IMG/VR virus record: IMGVR_UViG_3300027896_005002
Coordinates: 62,001 to 126,000 of that record
DNA: 64,000 bases
Direction: 5' to 3' (one strand)
Position numbers and translations under genes: made by a program. Below the pieces are notes generated by a model. The model searched no databases, was not told the DNA's origin, and saw only the letters and a list, made by a program, of their open reading frames with translations. Below, one piece after another: positions 55,871 through 64,000 of the stretch (positions are counted from its first letter, which is position 1; every line of letters begins with the position of its first letter).

Positions 55871-56751
55871 AAATTTTTATTTTTATCTTCATATTCTGTT
55901 TTAAGATGTAAACATTCATCATAATTTCTAACTTTATTATACCTATCCAAGTAAAGCCATTCTCTTGTTAAAATATCTTCACTCGACCAAAAACCATCTG
56001 AAAAATTATATGCAGTCCAATACATAGGAGCTATTATAATTTTTGCAATCTTATTCGTCCAAGCTGCCCACCAACTAAAGGACGAATTTGGTATGATTAG
56101 GTATTTAGCAGAATTTATTATAGCATAATCAATTCCTATATCACCAACTTTACTATTATTACGGACAAAACATATACCATTGCTTGCTCGTCCTATTATC
56201 TTGTAATCTTTAAAATATTGCCTGGCTTTTATTGGATCATCAGTGACTATACAAAAATTAAGACGAGAATACAAAGACTTCATATAATTAATTGCATTCG
56301 TATAATAATCCTTATTTAAAAAACGAGGTAGTTTCATAAAATCTCCACCTCTAAAATTAACTATACATGTATTATCTACATCAAAATTTGAAGGATATGC
56401 TTTTATTTTAAGCCAATTACATATTTTATCCTTTTGCTGATAAATATAATCTTCACTCTGCATAATCCCTGAAATTTTCGTATGATCGCAAATATTCAAT
56501 AAAAGTTTATCAATTTTGGAAATATTACAATGTGTATAAGAAGGATGTGAAACAAATTTTTCTTTATAGTGTTGCAAAATATTGATTGGTTTCTTACCAA
56601 AGTCTAAATTCATGAAATGTTGTCCACAAAATAAATCAACATTTCCTATTCCAAATTCAAATCCTAAATTAAACGCTAAGGTCCTTAAAACAGTATAATA
56701 CCATAATTGATTTCCCAAGCCTTGATATTTTACAAATTCTGTAACTATCAT
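55861..56751 (-). CDS. GT11 alpha-1,2-fucosyltransferase-like protein
   Basis: GLGNQL, RGGDF, YY..A, TDD, IPNSSFSWWAAW. Confidence 0.87.
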   Translation of the reverse strand: MIVTEFVKYQGLGNQLWYYTVLRTLAFNLGFEFGIGNVDLFCGQHFMNLDFGKKPINILQHYKEKFVSHPSYTHCNISKIDKLLLNICDHTKISGIMQSEDYIYQQKDKICNWLKIKAYPSNFDVDNTCIVNFRGGDFMKLPRFLNKDYYTNAINYMKSLYSRLNFCIVTDDPIKARQYFKDYKIIGRASNGICFVRNNSKVGDIGIDYAIINSAKYLIIPNSSFSWWAAWTNKIAKIIIAPMYWTAYNFSDGFWSSEDILTREWLYLDRYNKVRNYDECLHLKTEYEDKNKNLWQ

Positions 56752-57344
56752 ACTTTAAATTTTACATCATGCGACCATGACATATTCCAATGATGTACTG
56801 CATAAGCCTGTGGAAATAATTTTGCATCTTTATAAGCCTCTCTCCACAAATAAGGATAAAAATACTCAGTCGGTAAAATCGTCACATCATTAAAATTTTC
56901 CATTGACTGTGTAGCTAAAAGTGCTCCCCATGGCGGTCTTCTATAAACATAATTCTTCTCTATCAAATTATAAGCAAATAATACCCAATCGTTTCCCTTT
57001 TCTGCACCAAAAATTGCAGTATTATACTTTTCAGGTGTTTGTTTGCAAATAATAGCTTTATTAATTAAAAACTCATCTATATTTTTATTCCAATCAAAAT
57101 CAACATCTGAATATACACCACCATGTTGTAATATAATATAAAATCGAAGCACATTAGATTTACATGATAATGTCATAACTTTACTCATCAAACTCAAGGT
57201 TTTATCATCTTTAACATCTTCTTCTGTCCACAATCGATATTCCCAATCAACATGAAGCTTCCGCCAATTCTCTCTCCAAACTAAAAATTGATCTGGAATT
57301 TTATTTTTCCCTAACCATATTTGATGCATTATTTTAGGTATCAA
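56748..57344 (-). CDS. GT32 (Och1-like) DxD glycosyltransferase
   Basis: MIPKIMHQIW, W..LH..WEYRLW, SNVLR..GGVYSDVD, AVHHW..SW. Confidence 0.88.
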   Translation of the reverse strand: MIPKIMHQIWLGKNKIPDQFLVWRENWRKLHVDWEYRLWTEEDVKDDKTLSLMSKVMTLSCKSNVLRFYIILQHGGVYSDVDFDWNKNIDEFLINKAIICKQTPEKYNTAIFGAEKGNDWVLFAYNLIEKNYVYRRPPWGALLATQSMENFNDVTILPTEYFYPYLWREAYKDAKLFPQAYAVHHWNMSWSHDVKFKV

Positions 57345-57391
57345 AATTCACTTCACCTCATACCATAAATATGACAACAAGATGATGTGAT

Positions 57392-57658
57392 TTACGACGG
57401 CTTATCTGCAGATTCTATTGAAGGTCCCATAGACTTTTGCATTGTCATTGCGTAAGCATTTTCAGTAAAATTCTGTACTGTTTTACCAGCAAATACTAAA
57501 CCCAATGCTGCAATCTCTTGAACACCAAAAGACACTAAACCAGCATGATGATACATTGACACTATATTCTGTGCAACATAAACAGCCAACACAACAGTCA
57601 CAATCAAAAACATGCAAACTCTCATCATTGATACTGCGCCAGTACTATCTTTAAACAT
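57392..57658 (-). CDS. small two-TM protein (holin-like)
   Basis: S.MR start, two TM helices, charged tail. Confidence 0.45.
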   Translation of the reverse strand: MFKDSTGAVSMMRVCMFLIVTVVLAVYVAQNIVSMYHHAGLVSFGVQEIAALGLVFAGKTVQNFTENAYAMTMQKSMGPSIESADKPS

Positions 57659-57843
57659 ATTACCTCCTTGCTAAAATTGAATCTACATCAATTTTTTGCA
57701 ACTCATCAAGACACTCTCTTGCTATCTTCTCATTCCTAAAATCAATATCCATCTCATCTCCCGTCTCGTAACACTCAAACTTAACATCAGCGTCGTCTCT
57801 TAACTCTGTTCCCATCACTACTTCTTCATCCATAATATCCTCC

Positions 57844-58578
57844 TTATAAACTTGCTAAACTCTTTACTCTTTTCCAACTCAACATATCCATCATCTCTGC
57901 CCATTTACTACTATACTTCTTGTCCCATCCATCATAAAACTTAAATCCTATCGGTATCCCGCTTATCACATCTATCTCATAATCATCTTTCGGCACATGC
58001 AAATTAAAACCTATCGGCCAACCCTGCACTTTATAGTGCACTCTATCCGCCATATCAACTCTACCTATATTACCTATCACTATATCGTGCATTCTATCCA
58101 TTTCAACTACATTATCTAACGGTACATCTCTTATGTCTCCACATGGAGCTCCATACATAATACCATCTCTATAATATCCAACTACAGTCAATCCCTTCCT
58201 TACTTCACCAACTACTCTCTTTACATCTTCATCACCAAACTTATCTATCCATAATTGTAATATACACATTGTATACCAAAAATAATAATAACCCTCTGCC
58301 CATACTCTCATACCACTAGCATTGTCACCGTACGATAATATCTCTAATATCCTTAATATACCATCTTTATGACTACTATCGTTACTAAATATATCTATCA
58401 AAGCCCATTGTCGAATCACTATATTACACGGTGCCAATTTAGCTGCTAAACTAACCCACAAACAATTTTTCAATTGACTCATCTCACTTGATGTTATACT
58501 CTGTCCATTCCTATACTTCTGTTCACAGCTCTCTTGAAACTGAACTAATGCTATTGTATCAAAACCAAAACTAAACAT
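57844..58578 (-). CDS. hypothetical protein
   Basis: 244-aa ORF; WAEGYYYFWYT recalls heparinase II/III-like helices (weak). Confidence 0.55.
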   Translation of the reverse strand: MFSFGFDTIALVQFQESCEQKYRNGQSITSSEMSQLKNCLWVSLAAKLAPCNIVIRQWALIDIFSNDSSHKDGILRILEILSYGDNASGMRVWAEGYYYFWYTMCILQLWIDKFGDEDVKRVVGEVRKGLTVVGYYRDGIMYGAPCGDIRDVPLDNVVEMDRMHDIVIGNIGRVDMADRVHYKVQGWPIGFNLHVPKDDYEIDVISGIPIGFKFYDGWDKKYSSKWAEMMDMLSWKRVKSLASL

Positions 58579-58579
58579 T

Positions 58580-59056
58580 TCATCCCTCCTTGTTTATTAC
58601 GTGATATACACTCTCATCATCTACCTCTGGATCATACTTGTCCATAAATTCAACATAATCACTCAAAGATCCCTTAGCAAAATCATATATATCTCCATTC
58701 ATCTCTATCCAATGATGTGTCACCTTATTCTGCTCTTCGCCATCATCATCTATATAAGGCTCATCTACATCAATTTCGCCAAATACTCTCTTCAATCCAA
58801 ACCTTCTAGCTATATCATGAGCTATACCTTGACAGTCACCCATCTCCTGACTATCAACAAATTCTTTCCAATTATTATAATCGCTAGATAAATATTTCTT
58901 TACATCATCTACTTTTACTTTCTTTCGCTTCATAACTATCCTTCTCTTACTTTTTGGATGCTTCTTCAAATATTCTCTTTGCTCTTTCTCATTCAACTCC
59001 TCCCACTTACGAGCCTCTTTTACAAACTCATACTGTATTACGTTCAAATATTTCAT
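58580..59056 (-). CDS. MKHL-tag family protein with papain/transglutaminase-like C-H-D core
   Basis: MKYLNVIQYEFVKEA-RKWEEL..HPKSK; GDCQGIA..HHWIE..IYDF. Confidence 0.7.
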   Translation of the reverse strand: MKYLNVIQYEFVKEARKWEELNEKEQREYLKKHPKSKRRIVMKRKKVKVDDVKKYLSSDYNNWKEFVDSQEMGDCQGIAHDIARRFGLKRVFGEIDVDEPYIDDDGEEQNKVTHHWIEMNGDIYDFAKGSLSDYVEFMDKYDPEVDDESVYHVINKEG

Positions 59057-59209
59057 ATTTCCCTTTCTACATATACACTATTAATCAATTCATTATAAGT
59101 CCTCAAAAATAGTACCTACATTACGTCTTAAACTCACCTATATAAATACCCTGCGCGTTCTTGACGTTTCTTCGAATCTTAATTTGATTATAACACTACG
59201 GAGGATTTT

Positions 59210-59524
59210 ATGACTAATCATAGAGATCGAGTATTAAATTTTTTACAAAGACACGCTGCATTAGCACCACTTTCCGAATGTCTAAATTTAGCAGATGAAG
59301 TACAACGACTAAATGATAATGAATATTATCTTAAATGTATCCTCACCATATTATCATCTATCTTACTCACAAAAGACGGTGCAGCAAAAACACAAGCTAC
59401 ATTTGATAATCGACGTTCTTTACAAATAGCATTAAAAGAACTACAACAATGCCACGCGTGGGTTGTTTGTGGTCCTGTAACTGATGGCTTGGAAAAATTA
59501 TTATGTGAATTTGATAAAAAATGA
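59210..59524 (+). CDS. hypothetical protein
   Basis: SD GGAGG. Confidence 0.55.
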   Translation: MTNHRDRVLNFLQRHAALAPLSECLNLADEVQRLNDNEYYLKCILTILSSILLTKDGAAKTQATFDNRRSLQIALKELQQCHAWVVCGPVTDGLEKLLCEFDKK

Positions 59525-59607
59525 ATTAATTCTCGACGACGAAGTCTACACGCGCAGGCGGAGTCACAACACAAAGAATCATCTCATCAATAAGAATCAC
59601 CTTCAAT

Positions 59608-59640
59608 AAAAAGGAGTCCCTGTTGACGCAGGAACTCCTT
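59608..59640. terminator. terminator-like hairpin
   Basis: AAAAAGGAGT-CCCTG-TTGACG-CAGG-AACTCCTT. Confidence 0.55.
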
Positions 59641-59651
59641 GCCCTTCTCCA

Positions 59652-60334
59652 TTGCTGCCCTTGGAGGTCTCTATATACACACTCACCCTCACCTATACTA
59701 TATTTATCAACACATTATCAATCTTCGATTTCTCTATTGACTATATATCTATGATTCTAAAATGCATTCTTTATACCCTCTCCTCTTTCCTCATCATCAT
59801 TCCAACACTTCTATTTGCACAACATTTTGATCACATTCCAAACTCTATAGAAATATTCATAATTATGCCAATCATCTTCGCTATGCTCTCTATATTCGTA
59901 TTCCAACTACTCAATACTAAACTCAATAACACCAAACAATCTATTACTATCATTACAATCTCAGTATTCTTCGTCGACTCCTTCTTATCTCTTATTGACT
60001 CTAACAATATTATCTACGCCATCACTTTCGGCTGGGTAGAAGCTGCTACATTTTTTCTCATCATCAATATATCAGAAAGTTCATTCTTACTTATAAAAAA
60101 TTATATATTTAATAAACCCTCTTCAGGGGACACTCCATGATCAAAATTATTATAGGTCCTACTATAGGAGACACAGAAGTGAAATTAGACCTATTAAATA
60201 CTGATGCAGAAAATTTACGAAATTTAACAACAGGCGATCGCATTTATCTAGATTCTTTAAGACATTTATTAGTACTATACAAAGCATATTCCTTACAAAA
60301 TCATACACTATATATTTTTACTAAAGAATACTAA
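59652..60334 (+). CDS. multi-TM membrane protein (59652-60140) and small hypothetical protein (60137-60334)
   Basis: Hydrophobic profile; coupled start/stop. Confidence 0.5.
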
Positions 60335-60340
60335 TTCTTC

Positions 60341-60940
60341 ATGCTAATCTGCACTAAATGTAATCAACCCAAATCACCATCAGAATTCTATATTTGCTCT
60401 GGCATACGCCGACCAGACTGTAAAGCTTGCTTCAAAAAGACTGTTAGAAAATACCAGCTTTCTCACATTGACAAAAAACGAAAATCATTATCTATATGGC
60501 GTTCAAAACACAAAACCATTACTAAACTTTATCCTACACTGCGCTACTATAAATCTGCTATAATATTACTCGGAGGATTACCAAATTTACCCAAAATCAA
60601 TTATGGTCATTATACTATTAATGTTCTCAAAAAAAATATTAAATTACTTAAATGTCAAAAACATCAATTATCTATCGTTACTAAAATAAATAAACAACTA
60701 ACTATATCAAATACTATAAATACAATCATCAAAACTATAGAAAATCACTTTAACATCAAACTAAATTTCAATACTATAAACAGAAAAACTACCTTTTACA
60801 AATACCTCACTATCTACATAATTAAACAAATCACAAACTACTCATACGTCACTATAGCAAAACACCTCAATATCAGCAGACTAACCATAGCTACAGCAAT
60901 CAAGAAAATCAACGCTCTCAATTTAAAACCTCCCAAATGA
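60341..60940 (+). CDS. Zn-finger protein with DnaA domain IV-like HTH
   Basis: CTKC..F..CKAC; C-terminal IYIIKQITNYSYVTIAKHLN.SRLTI..AIKKI. Confidence 0.6.
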   Translation: MLICTKCNQPKSPSEFYICSGIRRPDCKACFKKTVRKYQLSHIDKKRKSLSIWRSKHKTITKLYPTLRYYKSAIILLGGLPNLPKINYGHYTINVLKKNIKLLKCQKHQLSIVTKINKQLTISNTINTIIKTIENHFNIKLNFNTINRKTTFYKYLTIYIIKQITNYSYVTIAKHLNISRLTIATAIKKINALNLKPPK

Positions 60941-61243
60941 CTTAACTATGCAAACGGTCGACGAAACAGATCCAATCTTTGCACATACTATCAAAACTGT
61001 CATTGAAAACAACATTAAATATCACCAACACAAAAGTGAATTTTACATATCTATAAATGACACTAACATCTCCCTAATCTTTCGATCGGGCTCTCGCAAA
61101 GAAATCAAAGGTCCTGAAAGAAATGACCTTTGCTTCTGCGGCAGCGGCAAAAAATTCAAAAAATGCTGTATAAACGTCTCTCTAATATAACAAAACCACA
61201 ATCATAGCAATCAAAAAAATCAACGCTCTCAATCTAAAACCTC
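60895..61243 (+). repeat. 38-bp direct repeat pair (60895-60932, 61206-61243)
   Basis: AGCAATCAA(G/A)AAAATCAACGCTCTCAAT(T/C)TAAAACCTC, 2 mismatches. Confidence 0.85.
60948..61190 (+). CDS. SEC-C motif protein
   Basis: RNDLCFCGSGKKFKKCC. Confidence 0.85.
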   Translation: MQTVDETDPIFAHTIKTVIENNIKYHQHKSEFYISINDTNISLIFRSGSRKEIKGPERNDLCFCGSGKKFKKCCINVSLI

Positions 61244-61287
61244 ATTGATTATTCATTGTCTACGACTCCTGACCTGACTATATCTAT

Positions 61288-61482
61288 ATGAGAAAATACT
61301 CACTTAAACGGCATGGCGTCTTTAATAGACAACAATGTCCTAATTGTGGATCTTTAATATCTATGCAAAAAGGTAATCGACACCGTCAACATCAGTGGAC
61401 TTGTGGATCATGTAATTGGACGGGTAAATATACTGAAGTGATGTATAACCCTCCACCAATACGGAGATACTACTATGGATAA
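61288..61482 (+). CDS. small Zn-ribbon protein
   Basis: CPNCG..WTCGSC. Confidence 0.55.
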   Translation: MRKYSLKRHGVFNRQQCPNCGSLISMQKGNRHRQHQWTCGSCNWTGKYTEVMYNPPPIRRYYYG

Positions 61483-62164
61483 ACGACTCAAAGAACAAAG
61501 ATACAAAATAGAACGCAAAATTCTCCTCAAAATGTTTCCATCCCATAACACCCTACAGAGCATCGCCACACAACTCAAAATGAGCAGACAAGCCATGAGC
61601 TTCAAAATAAAATACTTAGGCCTAACAAACAAATGGAACGATCGTAAACAAGAAATTATAGATGCTAGACCTCCTAAATCACAATTACTCTCAGTATTGT
61701 TTTGTATATACTTTGTTCAAAACACAAATAAGAAATACTATGTCACTGCACATAATTTTTTACGTTGGAGAGAATATCATAGCCGCTTATTAAAAAAAAT
61801 ATTTCCAAACAAAAACTTACAAAAAGACTTCAACAAATATGGACCTGAATCTCTTAGAGTAAAAATCATAAAAGAATCTGCAGATCTTAAACAACTAAAA
61901 CTACTAAAGAAAACATTAATTAGAAACAATCTAAATTGCTATAACATAAGCATTCCTTTCCGGACTACAAAAGAACGATACATAGACACGATGTTATTAT
62001 CACCACTAAGAAAAAGCAAACATGCATACATCACGTGGAATAGAATAATCAAAAAATGGAAAGCACAACCAGTCAAAAATGGCAAACAATTCTATTTAGG
62101 CCATTTTAGCAAAGAGTTAGAAGCTAAAAAAATTGTCGATAAATTCTTTAAAGGATCCAAATGA
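61475..62164 (+). CDS. HTH + degenerate GIY-YIG-like + AP2-domain protein
   Basis: IYFVQN..KYYV..N.NLQKDFNKYG; C-terminal ITWNR..KKWKAQ..GKQFYLGHF..E.EA. Confidence 0.65.
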   Translation: MDKRLKEQRYKIERKILLKMFPSHNTLQSIATQLKMSRQAMSFKIKYLGLTNKWNDRKQEIIDARPPKSQLLSVLFCIYFVQNTNKKYYVTAHNFLRWREYHSRLLKKIFPNKNLQKDFNKYGPESLRVKIIKESADLKQLKLLKKTLIRNNLNCYNISIPFRTTKERYIDTMLLSPLRKSKHAYITWNRIIKKWKAQPVKNGKQFYLGHFSKELEAKKIVDKFFKGSK

Positions 62165-63056
62165 GTAAACTTTATTTTAATGTCGGCGATACAGTCCATG
62201 TCAATGTCAGCACAATAATTAATAAACCAGAATTTGATGTTGTTATAACTAAAATAATTGTCCGTTATGGTAAATTTAATGGAGAAAGAGATAACCTAAT
62301 CAAAGGCAAATTAATAATTCCATATAAATGTGAATGGACTCATAAATCTAAATATCCATGTTTTAACTGCAATAACACTGGAATGGTAACTGAAAAATCA
62401 TTCTCCGAACACTACATAACTAACATCATCAAAAGATGTAATAAATCAATCAACACTATCAATAATATCTACACTGAACACGAACATCGCAATACGGTTT
62501 ACTTAATGCATAAAATAGACACCGAACAAAAATCTGTATGGTGTGGTACATTATTTGATCTTATATCGAATGTATTGTCCAAATTACATAAGAATATCGA
62601 TAGAGATATTGATTTATCTAAAGCACAAAATCTCTATATGAAAAATCATATTGGATTGATAAAATCTAATGATCATATTTTTTATGTTAATAAGAAAAGA
62701 TTTTCAATGTGGGTAATTAAAAATATCGATAAATTACTTTATACAGTCAAACAAATGGATGATATGGCACTAGAAGAAGACAAACAAATAGAAGAAATAT
62801 ACAATAACGACTTTGAATATGCAGAAAACTAATATTCTAGAAAGGCAAATAAATGAGCACACTCAAAATAGGCATCAAAGTCAAAAAACTAAAATTCTGG
62901 GTCTGGTTCGACAAAACCAACACTAAAGAAGATGATACAAAATTCGAAGGTACTAACGGCTGGGGTGGTGAAACTAGCAACATCACTATTGCTAAATTAA
63001 ACGTACATCCTCGAGACATCGAAGGAAGAATCGAAGCTGACGGATACCTCTGCTAA
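62161..63056 (+). CDS. two hypothetical proteins (62161-62832, 62853-63056)
   Basis: Co-oriented ORFs. Confidence 0.55.
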
Positions 63057-63574
63057 TGAATTTTCACGACATTATCCAAACTATCGATGATTGGGTCGGC
63101 GGCGGACTCCAAGGCCAACATGATGACGGTGATCCCACTCCAGATGACAAACTCCTCTTCTACAACACAATCAACAACATACCAATTAAATACAAACATG
63201 GCGGAATTCTATATAGAGGAATTTCTCTACCAAAATCTACTAACCTCAATAACCTCAAAATCTCTGAACTAATCTCATCTTGGTCCAAATCGCTACAAAT
63301 CGCACAAGAACACGCACTAAAAAATCCATACACCACTCTCCACATCATCTTCAAAAAATCTATCCACTCAAATCATATTCTCATCAACATCGAAGACTTC
63401 TACAAAGACTTACCATCTCTCACTAACATCATCCCTCCCAACATCAAACTAAGAATCAACCACTCTACTCGAGAACAAGAAATCATCTGCAAAAACATAT
63501 CCCTCTCTATCAATAACATCTACCTCATACATCACCACAACCAATGGCTATCACTACCCCAATTAAATGGATAA
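63056..63574 (+). CDS. ADP-ribosyltransferase-like protein (R-S-E type)
   Basis: LYRG, ISSWSKSLQIAQEHA, REQEII. Confidence 0.65.
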   Translation: MNFHDIIQTIDDWVGGGLQGQHDDGDPTPDDKLLFYNTINNIPIKYKHGGILYRGISLPKSTNLNNLKISELISSWSKSLQIAQEHALKNPYTTLHIIFKKSIHSNHILINIEDFYKDLPSLTNIIPPNIKLRINHSTREQEIICKNISLSINNIYLIHHHNQWLSLPQLNG

Positions 63575-63804
63575 AATTGCAGAAAATATTAAAAGGTTCG
63601 AGGTTCAACTGGCCTCACTCAAAAATCATTTGCTAAAAAAATTGGCATAAGCGCTACTCATTTAACCTCATTGAAAAGAAAAAGAAAAGACCATCTTTAA
63701 AACTTATTTGCAAAATATCTAACAAATTCAATATTGATCCAGCTTTTATTGTTACACATACAGATAACTTGCAACTTCTTAGGAATTTATTAAAAAATCG
63801 TTAA
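63567..63804 (+). pseudogene. XRE-family HTH gene with two frameshifts
   Basis: Adding one C (TTC[C]GA) and one A (TTA[A]AC) gives MDKIAENIKRFRGSTGLTQKSFAKKIGISATHLNLIEKKKKRPSLKLICKISNKFNIDPAF.. Confidence 0.7.
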
Positions 63805-64000
63805 TACCTACATCAAGTCCTAATTCTTCATAAATAAATCTACTGCGGGCTCTTGCTGACATCAACTCTTTTCTATTTCTTTCTATAAATACAACCTACC
63901 TGTTTCTTATTTTTAAAGCTCAGTATACCACATGCGCGGGCCCGTGAACGAATCTTCACAACGACGTTAACTAGGCCCTCGCTGGCACCTAACAGTACCC

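Noticed and set aside
574-63354. Short antisense or out-of-frame ORFs nested in longer genes (for example 2202-2423, 18108-18401, 22230-22649, 40259-40639)
   Set aside because: Shadow ORFs of well-supported genes.
1-64000. CRISPR array, rRNA, integrase or IS element
   Set aside because: No regularly spaced repeats, rRNA signatures, recombinase or transposase motifs seen.
63931-64000. GC-rich paired segment at the window end (GGGCC/GGCCC, GTGAA/TTCAC)
   Set aside because: Cut by the window edge and too short to classify.

Overview
This window looks like part of a very large (jumbo/huge) AT-rich bacteriophage genome read with the standard genetic code. Genes are densely packed and mostly hypothetical. 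I saw no rRNA, CRISPR array or integrase. The first ~28.7 kb is a translation island: about 27 tRNA genes, a tmRNA split by a group I intron in its T-loop, Pth2, an RNA end-healing/ligation kit, several free-standing homing-type endonucleases and several unexplained structured RNAs. The most novel signals are four. (1) Two textbook ribosome-dependent attenuators (leader peptide, antiterminator, terminator) sit directly upstream of the two minus-strand tRNA arrays, and their leader codons match the amino acids of the tRNAs downstream. (2) Four tRNAs (Arg-UCU, Arg-CCU, Ile-UAU, Trp-CCA) share a rearranged fold with no normal D-arm before the anticodon arm and a conserved D-loop-like motif after it. 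(3) A 131-nt CCA-ending tRNA mimic has a long rod in place of the anticodon arm. (4) Ten genes share an N-terminal MKHLAxIQxEFxKxA tag fused to unrelated C-terminal domains, probably capsid-packaged effectors. The rest carries an AAA/vWA/NADAR operon, Prs, a Ca/Na antiporter, glycosyltransferases, an MBD4-like glycosylase and an ART-like protein. All family assignments come from motif recognition by eye, not from database searches, and RNA folds were paired by hand.
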